Origin: Nannocystales bacterium
GTDB taxonomy: Bacteria > Myxococcota_A > Polyangia > Nannocystales > Nannocystaceae
Reading direction: 5' to 3'
Length of the DNA stretch: 64,000 bases
NCBI GenBank assembly: GCA_050633305.1
Contig: JBOEGF010000014.1
Coordinates: 1 to 64,000, forward strand
Part shown: positions 56,025-64,000 of the stretch, piece by piece
Position numbering within the stretch: the stretch's first letter is position 1
Layout of the letters: every line of letters begins with the position of its first letter
Notes under the pieces: generated by a model
Databases searched by the model: none
The model's input: only the letters and a program-made list of their open reading frames with translations
Told to the model about the DNA's origin: nothing
Made by a program: the position numbers and the translations under genes

Positions 56025-57317
56025 ATGGATCGTCGGCTGAGGATTTCGTGGGTCCTTTGGTTGGCCGCGTGCACCCCTGCTGAAACCCAAACTGCCTCGA
56101 AGTCGGATGATGTCCCCCAGAAGGTCGCGAAGGCTGGGACCCCCTCCGAGCGGAGTCCTGACGCACGGACGGTGGTCCCTCCCTCGCCAGAGCCCGAATC
56201 CGAGCTTGCCGAGTTGCCGACCGACCAGCCACCTCAGCGAGAACTGGAGGGGCTTCCGGAGCCCGTCGATCCGCAGGAGCCGAGTGAACCTGTCGCCGCA
56301 CCTGAGCCTGCCGAGCCCGTGGAGGTTCCGGTCTCTGACCCGTCTCGGAGCCCGAAGGCTGTCTCTTGGCGGACCGTGACCAACACCGCGGAGACCGTCT
56401 CCATGCTCTCGATCTCGCGAGGCGTTCTTGGGCAGGGGAAGAGCGGGTATTACGACGTCGACGCGAACGCGGCCTTTGTGCTTCGCCCTGAGATCAACGC
56501 GCCCAACGGGACGATTCTCGGACGCTGGCCCCGCAACGCCTGGGTCATCGAGGAACGCATCAAGAAGGTCCCCGGTGATCGGATGGACGAGGAGATCCGC
56601 CAGCTTCGACTGATGCGTCTTCGAGGAGAACGGCGCTGGGTGCCCCAGATGTACGAGGGCGAGCAGCGGTTCGAGGACGAAGGGCAGGCGTTTGTCGTCG
56701 GTACGAAGGGCGGAATGCTCGCCGAGGATGGCGGGTACATCGTGCGCGTCGCGGGGAACGCTGGTGACCCGGAGGTGGGCGTCGGGCGCTCGGGGGAACT
56801 TCTCGCGTTCTTCGAGACTGGGTCGGGGAGAATCTACACCGTGCGGCGCGATGGTGAAGCCGCCTACGTGCAGCGGAACTGCGAGGACACCGAATGTCGC
56901 GACCAAAACGCGATGAAGCTGCCGATCACGAAGTACTGGCAGTTTCCGATGTCAGCCGCACGCGGCAAGCACAGCATCAGTGTCGTTGCCAAGGTACGAG
57001 AGGATGGCGAAGACAAGCCGATGCTGCTCCACTACGGCGGCGGGAGCTGGAAGCTCGAGCGAATCGCGGCCGCGCCGGCTGGCCTTTGGGGCGCACGAGA
57101 TGGCGGACTGTGGGTAAACGTCGAGGGGGCGCTGGAATATCGTGCTCCCGATGGCCTCTGGCATTCCGTCGAGCTCCCCGAAGGTGCGACGACGATGACC
57201 GCAGCGGTCCGCGACGACTTGTCGGAGCTCTGGATCGCGACAGCCAGCGGGGAGGGAAGCACCATCTATGCGACGTCTGCCGTCCCCGAGCTGCCCCCCG
57301 CCGCACAGACGCCATGA
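56025..57317 (+). CDS. Lipoprotein, Pro/Glu linker plus probable beta-propeller
   Basis: LWLAAC lipobox; HYGGGSWK and GGLWV repeats. Confidence 0.75.
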   Translation: MDRRLRISWVLWLAACTPAETQTASKSDDVPQKVAKAGTPSERSPDARTVVPPSPEPESELAELPTDQPPQRELEGLPEPVDPQEPSEPVAAPEPAEPVEVPVSDPSRSPKAVSWRTVTNTAETVSMLSISRGVLGQGKSGYYDVDANAAFVLRPEINAPNGTILGRWPRNAWVIEERIKKVPGDRMDEEIRQLRLMRLRGERRWVPQMYEGEQRFEDEGQAFVVGTKGGMLAEDGGYIVRVAGNAGDPEVGVGRSGELLAFFETGSGRIYTVRRDGEAAYVQRNCEDTECRDQNAMKLPITKYWQFPMSAARGKHSISVVAKVREDGEDKPMLLHYGGGSWKLERIAAAPAGLWGARDGGLWVNVEGALEYRAPDGLWHSVELPEGATTMTAAVRDDLSELWIATASGEGSTIYATSAVPELPPAAQTP

Positions 57318-58348
57318 GGAGGTTCGTGTGGGCAACGCTTGTCTGCCTCGGGTGTGATGCGAACGAGCCCCACATCGGTGCCTCGCCCGCTGCGCGATCG
57401 GGAGTTCACTCCCCGGACCAGGAGTGCGGCGCGTGTCACCGAGTCGCAAGGGCACAGTGGGCTCGATCGCGTCACCGTCACGCATTCACAAACCCCGACT
57501 TTCAGCGGTCCTATGCGCGCGAGCCCGAGCCGTTCTGCCGCGAGTGCCACGCCCCAGGGACGAAAGAGGTGGGCTCCGAGCATGCGGCCGCGGCCGAGCG
57601 CAGGGGCATCGGCTGTCGCGACTGCCATGGCGCAGGGCCTGCCGTTCTGACGGGCCCGGGTGCTGGGGTCGATGCACCACACGAGGTCGTTCGCTTGGAC
57701 GGCTTCGGAACGCAGAGCTGTGCACGCTGTCACGAGTTCGCCTTTCCGGAGTCGAGTCGACGCCCGGCGGGCCTGCTGATGCAGAGCACGATGCTCGAGC
57801 ACGCGCAGTCCCAGTTCGCTGAGCAGTCGTGCGCGTCGTGTCATCTTCGGTCGGGCAAGCTCGCCGCCGTCGATCACTCGCTCGCGTCGACGCGAAACCC
57901 CGATGCATGGCGCCGCGCGCTCGAGGTCGAAACACGGGCTGAGGGCGATGGCGTCGCCTTCACGCTTCGGCCGATCGGGGTTGGCCACGCTCTGCCGACG
58001 GGGGACCTCTTTCGTAGGCTCGCGCTCCACGTTGAATGGTGGGTCGACGAACAGCACGTCACTTCGGTGACCCGGTATCTCGCCCGCCATTTCGAACCCT
58101 GGCGTCACGACAACGGCCAGCTCAACCCCGCCTACGCATGGCCGGTCCGCGACGACCGGGTGTTCGCAGAGACGGAGGTCTTCGTCGAGATCGAGCCGGA
58201 GACCTCTGCCGACGGGGAATGGCGGTGGTGGGTCGACATTCAGCGTGTCGACGCCCGCGAAGACGACCGACCTGAAGACGCGACGATCGCGAGCGCGGTA
58301 CGGATCGCTGAGGGACGGATCGCTGCCTCCGCCGACGACGGGACCTGA
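57314..58348 (+). CDS. Pentaheme c-type cytochrome lipoprotein (c554-like N-terminus)
   Basis: CGACH, CRECH, CRDCH, CARCH, CASCH; GHALPTGD. Confidence 0.88.
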   Translation: MRRFVWATLVCLGCDANEPHIGASPAARSGVHSPDQECGACHRVARAQWARSRHRHAFTNPDFQRSYAREPEPFCRECHAPGTKEVGSEHAAAAERRGIGCRDCHGAGPAVLTGPGAGVDAPHEVVRLDGFGTQSCARCHEFAFPESSRRPAGLLMQSTMLEHAQSQFAEQSCASCHLRSGKLAAVDHSLASTRNPDAWRRALEVETRAEGDGVAFTLRPIGVGHALPTGDLFRRLALHVEWWVDEQHVTSVTRYLARHFEPWRHDNGQLNPAYAWPVRDDRVFAETEVFVEIEPETSADGEWRWWVDIQRVDAREDDRPEDATIASAVRIAEGRIAASADDGT

Positions 58349-58351
58349 GGC

Positions 58352-58897
58352 CTACTTGCTCTGCGCGGAGATCTCGGCGCTTGCGGAGAACTTCAGCTTT
58401 GAGCCAAAGACGCGCCGCAGGTGGTCCTCGTCGCCCTCGTCCTTCCGATGATGAAAGAAGTAGATCTGCACGCGCCGGTTTTGCGCTTTGCCGTCTTCAT
58501 CTTCGTTGTTGGCCAGTGGTCGTTCTTCGCCGTAGTAGGCAAGGCGCGTTCTGTCGGAGACCTCGAGTTCGGAGAGTTCCTCGAGTTGGACCTGAATCTC
58601 TGCAGCGCGGCGGAACGCCAGGTCTCGATTGTACTCCGGGTCGCCGTCGGAGTCGGTATGTCCGACGATCACGGCGCGCAGCCAGGGGTCCGCATCGAGA
58701 GCGGCTGCAGCCGAGGCCAACGTGTCAGTTTGTCCCTTGAGAGGTTGCTCCGCGGCCGATGCGAAGTAGACATAGGAGGCACTCGGTTCTGGATTCGCAC
58801 CTGTCGTTCCCTGTGTCGCGCACGCCACACTGCTCCACAGCGCCAGCACAAAAAAGCAGTTTCGTATCCCGGTACGTTTCGACGTCGTCATCTGCAT
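58352..58897 (-). CDS. OmpA-family peptidoglycan-binding lipoprotein
   Basis: VGHTDSDG..YN..LAFRRA, YGEERP, QNRRV; SVAC lipobox; GGAGG RBS. Confidence 0.9.
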   Translation of the reverse strand: MQMTTSKRTGIRNCFFVLALWSSVACATQGTTGANPEPSASYVYFASAAEQPLKGQTDTLASAAAALDADPWLRAVIVGHTDSDGDPEYNRDLAFRRAAEIQVQLEELSELEVSDRTRLAYYGEERPLANNEDEDGKAQNRRVQIYFFHHRKDEGDEDHLRRVFGSKLKFSASAEISAQSK

Positions 58898-59128
58898 CCC
58901 TCCTGGAATCTCGTCGGAGGTCCTATCACGGGGAAGACACCTACGCTGTACCTCGCGCGTACTCCGAGGCACGGTAGCGTGAACGTCGTTTCTGTCGTAA
59001 GTGCCGGCGCCTCATGAGAGAGAACGGCGTGTCCTTCTCGAACATTGTGGCCCAGAGCCAACGTCCGCGGCCCCGATCGATAGTGGAGAACCGAGCACAC
59101 ACGGGCCGCCCAATGGGCCCGAGGTGAC

Positions 59129-60610
59129 TCACCCGTCTTCGTGGACGAAATGCTCGCGGGGTCGAATCGTCGTCCACCGTTCGAACGCCTTGTCCGTATC
59201 CGCGTTCTTCTCGCCGAGCTTTTCGAACAGGTAGTCCTGGATGCCCTTGTGCACCATGCAGATGTTGTTGTCGGGCATGTGCCCGTAGATCGAGCCCTGC
59301 GTCTTGAGGTTGTGGGCGGGAACCGTGCCGCAGTACGGGTTGTAGGCGCACTGCTCGCAGTCTGGTTGACCGTCGAGGTTGGACGCCAAGGCCACCGCGC
59401 GCACGGTCTCGTGCCCCATCAGTTCTCGGTAGCTGCTGTCGTTGACGTGTCCGAGCTTGAGCGCGTCGTCCCCCATCGCGGCGAGCATCCGGCCTTCGTC
59501 GCAGGTGTAGATGCTTCCGTCGTAGTTGTAGGCGAGCGCTCCGATTCCGGTCCCCGATGGGCTACGCAAGTCGAGGAAGTTGGGGTCGGTACCCTGAAGG
59601 ATCTTGGTCAGGAAGATACTCGCGTAGCGTTCGAGAATCTCGACTCCCTGGGCATTGAGTTCGAGGATGTAGTCGACAGCACGCCGATAAAACTCGAGGT
59701 AGTCACTGCGCGGATACTCGATCTTCAGCCGAGTCCGTTCGGCAAACCCAAACGGGTCGACGGGACGCAGGAAGATCGTCTTGCAACCCAAGGCCACGTA
59801 GGTGTCGATGATCTCCTTGTGCTGGGCGAGCGAACTCTTGGTGAGCGTGAGCAGGGCCTCGACGTGATAGAGGGTCTTGTCGAGACCCATTTCGCCGTAG
59901 CGCTCGTTGATGCGGCGGATCCAGTACCGCGCCTTCTGAAAGGCATCGAGGGTATTGAGCTTGCGTTGCGAGTTGTGGAGCTTCTCGGGCCCGTCGATGC
60001 TCGTGCACATCTGGACCTTGTGCTCGAGCAAGAAGTCGAGCTTGTCCTCGGTCATCAGCGACATGTTGCTGACCATCGTGAACTCGAGACGCTTGCCCAC
60101 GTCTGCGTTCTTCTTCAGCGCGTACTCCACGACGTGCTTGACGACCTCGAAGTTGACCAACGGCTCACCCCCCTGGAACTCGATCGTGACGAAGGAGTTG
60201 GTGCTGGCGAGGATGATGTCGACCGCCTTCTCGGCGGTCTCCTTGGACATGTCCGTCTGGACCTGGTCCATGTTGGCGCGCGATGCATGGCAGTACAGGC
60301 ACGTCTCGTTGCAGCGCAGGGTGACGACCAGCATGTGCAGCAGGGGACCCTGGTCGAGGAAGTGCTTGCGCTCGCGCAGCGCGGCGGCTGCCTCGTGAAC
60401 CCGGTAGGTCTCGCGCAGGAAGTTGCGTTGTTCCAGCCGCGTCCACAGTTCGCTGTCGCGAGGAACGGTGCCTTCGACAAAGTCGCGGAACTCGCCAGGG
60501 GGGAGGATGAGGTGGTTGCCCTCGAAGTTGGTCAGCACCACCTTGCCCGCCACCGTGCGGTGACGGAAGTAGGCCGGGAATCCGATGTTGGGTCGCAGCG
60601 GGGCGTTCAC
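59129..60610 (-). CDS. hxsB: His-Xaa-Ser system radical SAM maturase HxsB-like protein
   Basis: LHMLVVTLRCNETCLYCHAS, IEFQGGEP, DLRSPSGTGIG.LAYNYDG.IYTCDEGRML, SPASM-type Cys. Confidence 0.85.
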   Translation of the reverse strand: MNAPLRPNIGFPAYFRHRTVAGKVVLTNFEGNHLILPPGEFRDFVEGTVPRDSELWTRLEQRNFLRETYRVHEAAAALRERKHFLDQGPLLHMLVVTLRCNETCLYCHASRANMDQVQTDMSKETAEKAVDIILASTNSFVTIEFQGGEPLVNFEVVKHVVEYALKKNADVGKRLEFTMVSNMSLMTEDKLDFLLEHKVQMCTSIDGPEKLHNSQRKLNTLDAFQKARYWIRRINERYGEMGLDKTLYHVEALLTLTKSSLAQHKEIIDTYVALGCKTIFLRPVDPFGFAERTRLKIEYPRSDYLEFYRRAVDYILELNAQGVEILERYASIFLTKILQGTDPNFLDLRSPSGTGIGALAYNYDGSIYTCDEGRMLAAMGDDALKLGHVNDSSYRELMGHETVRAVALASNLDGQPDCEQCAYNPYCGTVPAHNLKTQGSIYGHMPDNNICMVHKGIQDYLFEKLGEKNADTDKAFERWTTIRPREHFVHEDG

Positions 60611-61092
60611 TTGGAGTCCTCCTCTTTCGTTTCGGTGGCAGCGGTGGGCGCCTCGGGGGCGGGGCGCCCGTGCTTCTCTTCCCAGGTCTGGGCGATCCCC
60701 AGCGGGTCGTCGAACGCGTCCTCCGAGAAGTCGAACGCCTCGAGATCCTCGAGTCCGGGGGAACTCGCAGGCACCTCGCCAAACCCAAATGCTTGGGCAA
60801 CGACGGCGTCGGTGAGCACCTGGTTGTCCGCGGCGACGCGGTGGTAGAGGTCGCTGCTCAGCAGGCGAGCCTCGAAAGCATCGGCGATCTTGGCCAGCGT
60901 GCCTTCGTCTTCGACGGCCTCTTTCGCCGAGAGGGTCACACGAATCTCGGACGCGCTGGGGCGGTCCATCAGCACGTAGCAGCGGTCGATGAAGCTGACC
61001 GCGGCGCCCTGCACGACGTGGGGAGGGTGAGAGTCGGCGGGGAGCGTGACCGAGACGCTCAGGGGGTCGAACTTTCGTTGCGGTGCGTTCAT
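60607..61092 (-). CDS. hxsD: His-Xaa-Ser system HxsD-like protein
   Basis: AAVSFIDRCYV...AFEARLL...LYHRV...AVVAQAF; coupled to hxsB; acidic tail DDPLGIAQTWEEK. Confidence 0.7.
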   Translation of the reverse strand: MNAPQRKFDPLSVSVTLPADSHPPHVVQGAAVSFIDRCYVLMDRPSASEIRVTLSAKEAVEDEGTLAKIADAFEARLLSSDLYHRVAADNQVLTDAVVAQAFGFGEVPASSPGLEDLEAFDFSEDAFDDPLGIAQTWEEKHGRPAPEAPTAATETKEEDSK

Positions 61093-63422
61093 GAGGTCTC
61101 CGAGTCTTCGGCCAGCCGCTGCGCGACGCGGCCTTGAAATCCGGTGGGCACGGATTCGTGCCGCCTGGGGTCGTCCAGAGGGCGCACGAGGTCGGACGCT
61201 TCGATGAGCCAGGGCGGCTCGGGCACGTTGTCCAGCTCGTAGAACCCGCCGCAGAAACACGCGTGCGGGCAGGTTGTGCACTGCGGCTTGCGGGTGCGTC
61301 GCTCGGCCAGGTACCCGGCCAGGTTCACGGTCTCGTTGTTGACGAACACCATGTGCCGCTCGAGCTTGAGCAGGTCGCCCTGGAGGTACTGCTCGTAGCC
61401 CGGCATGAAGCAGTACGGCAGGTTGATCACCTGGATCTTCATGCGGTCGCCATACGCGTCGATGACCGACCGCGTTTGGTCCGCAGCCGCCTGCGTATCG
61501 GGGGCGACGTAGTGGGTTGCGCGCCCGAAGGGGGTGAGAAACTGGATGTTGAGCCACTTCAGGCCCAACGACCACGCGAGCTCGGTCAGCTCGTGCTGCT
61601 TGTCGTGGTTGCCCTTGGTGATCGTGACGTTCATGCCGAGCTCCACGCTTGCAGGTCGCAGACGGACACAGTTCCGAATGCCTTGTGTGGTCTGCTCGAA
61701 CGCTTCGGCCACACCGACTTGCTGGGCGTGGGTCCTGGCGTCGTGCCCATGCACGGAGAACAGGAGGGTGGTCAGCCCGCTCTGCACGAGTTTGGACGCA
61801 TAGCCCTCGTAGGCGCACATGCGGCCGTTGGTCGTGACGTTGACCATGCGATAGCCGATCTGTCGGCTGTATCGGATGAGCCCTACGAGTTCGGGGTTGA
61901 GCGTGGGCTCGCCCCCGTCGAAGTCGACCATCTCCACGCCTTGCGCCCGGTAGCGGTCGAGTTGCTCTCGTTGTCGCGGCGGGTGCCCGTCGATCTGCGT
62001 CCGCGTACCCACCGCGCAGAACGTGCAGTGGTTGTTGCACGCGTAGGTGACGTTCATGATCAGCTTCTTCGGCCCGCTCGAGGCATCGAGCCGGCTCTGG
62101 AACGTGTCCATGAACGCGGTGAGGAGCTCCGGAGGAACGTCGCACCCGGTGATCGAGGCCGCCTTCTGAAATCGAGGGCCCCAGTCTTCGACGATCGGAA
62201 GCTTGGTATGGGCCGCAAGTTCCGTCCCCGGAAGAGGTGTTGCGAACTGGACCGCGGGGTACGCCCCGAACTCGTCCCACTGGCGCAGGGCGAACGCCAA
62301 CGTCTCGTTGATCTGCTCGGCGGTCTCCCCGGGGAGCCCGATCATGTAGTGGATCAGCAGCGAGACGCCGGCCTGGTGGGCGTGCTTGGCCGCGTCCTCG
62401 ATGTGCGAGAGGTCGAGCTTCTTTTGCACGACTTCGCGCACCACGTCGGCGCTGCCGCTCTCTGCACTCACGCTGATCGTCGTGACGCGTTCACGGAGCC
62501 GGACGAAGTCCTCGGCGCGTAGGTAGTCCGCGCGCATTCCGTTGGGAACCTCGAGCAACAAGTCCGCACTCTCGACCGCATCGAGCACGGTCTCGAAGTG
62601 GGAGCGGTGCACGTTGACCATCTCGTCGAGTACCGCGACCCGGCCGGCCCCGAGTGCGGACATCGTACCGAGCGCTTGCTGCACAGAGTGGGCGGGAAGG
62701 CGCCGCTGCGTCTTGGGTTCGTTCGGGCGGCGGTCGGGGTTGCTCGAGCAATGGATGCACGTGAACGGGCACCCGCGACTGGTGACCATTGGAAGCGTGC
62801 GCTGGGTGATCGGGAATGCCCATGCGGCGCGTCCGAGGTCCGCGACGATGCGTTCGTGAAAGCGCCAGTACGCCTGTACGTCGACCAGGCTCCAGTCCGG
62901 CGGGGGAAGCTCGGCGAGGTCGGGTTGCTCGCCCCGAATCACCCCCGACGCGGTCCCGGCCCCCAGGACCTCGGGGACCGTTCGCTCGCCTTCGTATTGA
63001 ACGTATGCGGAGAGTTCTGGGTAGGAGGCGAGCACCGAGGCGCCGGGCACTTGCACATAGTGCTGCCCCGACTGATAGAGGTCGGCGAGGATGAGCGGTC
63101 CGCGCAGTCCTTGAAGCAGCCTGGCCAGCACGTCGTCGCGGTGTGGTGGGCGGTGGAACGGGGTGTACGAGATGACGGTTGCGTCAACCTCGCTCTGGGC
63201 GGCGGACAGCGTCGCCTCGACCGATGCGCCCAGAAGCAAGCGCCCATCACTTCGACGTTGGAGCCCTGCCCCGGGAAGCGCAAACGCATCTACGAGGCTG
63301 ACCTCGTGCCCGCGCTCTCGCAGAACGGTCGCCAGCTGGACGGCCCCGAGGTCGGAGAAGTACGGGTAGTCGATGAAGTCCTCGGCCACACTGACCGGGG
63401 GAGACACGACGCGCAACCGCAC
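61089..63422 (-). CDS. B12-binding radical SAM domain fused to a second, HxsC-like radical SAM domain
   Basis: N-terminal B12-binding-like region, SRGCPFTCIHC, then YACNNHCTFC, GGEPT, LPYC, CTTC...FCGG; GTG start 6 nt after TATCGT. Confidence 0.85.
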   Translation of the reverse strand: MRLRVVSPPVSVAEDFIDYPYFSDLGAVQLATVLRERGHEVSLVDAFALPGAGLQRRSDGRLLLGASVEATLSAAQSEVDATVISYTPFHRPPHRDDVLARLLQGLRGPLILADLYQSGQHYVQVPGASVLASYPELSAYVQYEGERTVPEVLGAGTASGVIRGEQPDLAELPPPDWSLVDVQAYWRFHERIVADLGRAAWAFPITQRTLPMVTSRGCPFTCIHCSSNPDRRPNEPKTQRRLPAHSVQQALGTMSALGAGRVAVLDEMVNVHRSHFETVLDAVESADLLLEVPNGMRADYLRAEDFVRLRERVTTISVSAESGSADVVREVVQKKLDLSHIEDAAKHAHQAGVSLLIHYMIGLPGETAEQINETLAFALRQWDEFGAYPAVQFATPLPGTELAAHTKLPIVEDWGPRFQKAASITGCDVPPELLTAFMDTFQSRLDASSGPKKLIMNVTYACNNHCTFCAVGTRTQIDGHPPRQREQLDRYRAQGVEMVDFDGGEPTLNPELVGLIRYSRQIGYRMVNVTTNGRMCAYEGYASKLVQSGLTTLLFSVHGHDARTHAQQVGVAEAFEQTTQGIRNCVRLRPASVELGMNVTITKGNHDKQHELTELAWSLGLKWLNIQFLTPFGRATHYVAPDTQAAADQTRSVIDAYGDRMKIQVINLPYCFMPGYEQYLQGDLLKLERHMVFVNNETVNLAGYLAERRTRKPQCTTCPHACFCGGFYELDNVPEPPWLIEASDLVRPLDDPRRHESVPTGFQGRVAQRLAEDSETS

Positions 63423-63470
63423 CTCGTGACGATACCAGCATGTGCGCGCCGCTGGGCCTATACTGCGGCC

Positions 63471-64000
63471 ATGGCTTTGATGGAGGCTTCTCGGTGGGCT
63501 GCGAACGCGGCCGTCGCGGTGATCTTGTGCGGATGCTTCACCCCGGGCGATCCACCCGCGGGTGCGGAAACGGACGATGCATCGAGCTCTGGCAGTGATG
63601 GATCGGGCCAACCCAGCGGTCCGGGCGAGGACACCAGTGGGTCAACCTCTAGCGACCCTGGCACCACGAGCCCCACGGCAACGGACCCTACGGACACGAA
63701 TCCGACCGATCCCAGCGACACCGACCCGACCGACCCCACCACCAGCGGCCCCACCACCACGGACCCCACGGAGACAACCGGGCCCGCGCCTGCGTGTGGC
63801 GACGGGTCCGCGACCGCCGGTGAGCTGTGCCTCGACGTGACGCCCAACTCGCTCATGACCCCTCCGGGTCCGATTGACGTCGCTTTGGGGGACATCTCCT
63901 CCAACGGGTTGCTCGACATCGCACTCATCGCGGGCGGCGACACGCCCAGTGACGAGAACCGGTTCGTCGTGCTCGAGGCCGATGGCGTGGGGGGCTTCAT
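63471..64000 (+). CDS. Lipoprotein with Thr/Asp/Pro linker, myxobacterial CGDG motif and FG-GAP-like repeat (partial, runs off window)
   Basis: Own translation: MALMEASR...ILCGC...ACGDG...GELC...GDISSNGLLDIA; TATACT 6 nt upstream. Confidence 0.75.
   Translation, partial: MALMEASRWAANAAVAVILCGCFTPGDPPAGAETDDASSSGSDGSGQPSGPGEDTSGSTSSDPGTTSPTATDPTDTNPTDPSDTDPTDPTTSGPTTTDPTETTGPAPACGDGSATAGELCLDVTPNSLMTPPGPIDVALGDISSNGLLDIALIAGGDTPSDENRFVVLEADGVGGF

Overview
This window is high-GC DNA from a myxobacterium: it has a MYXO-CTERM protein, many Ser/Thr/Gly-linker lipoproteins and a DUF1552/DUF1592 pair. Bases 1 to about 41,270 are the right-hand part of an integrated element over 41 kb long, whose other end lies left of the window. 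The element stops at the 5' half of a tRNA-Arg(TCG) gene that is not restored at this junction and instead continues into an extended inverted repeat. Its minus-strand arm (19.9-41.1 kb) looks like a phage early region: integrase, wHTH, replication initiator with internal palindromes, DnaC-like ATPase, two DNA methyltransferases, a second tyrosine recombinase, an amidase, HNH, HD, HAD, ASCH and DUF5131 genes. Its plus-strand arm (0.1-19.8 kb) is a coupled operon with no recognisable terminase, portal, HK97 capsid or tail genes. It encodes a candidate jelly-roll capsid protein, a transglutaminase-like protein, about 17 single-pass membrane proteins, membrane-anchored envelope hydrolases, five paralogous beta-rich adaptor domains and duplicated lipoproteins. 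I infer a candidate tailless, membrane-containing provirus. The host side (41.3-64 kb) holds lipoproteins, an orphan adenine MTase, an S9 peptidase, an ABC transporter, a pentaheme cytochrome, an OmpA protein and a variant His-Xaa-Ser radical SAM locus with a B12/double radical-SAM fusion. Many host genes look leaderless. All functional calls are by-eye motif recognition; no searches were run.
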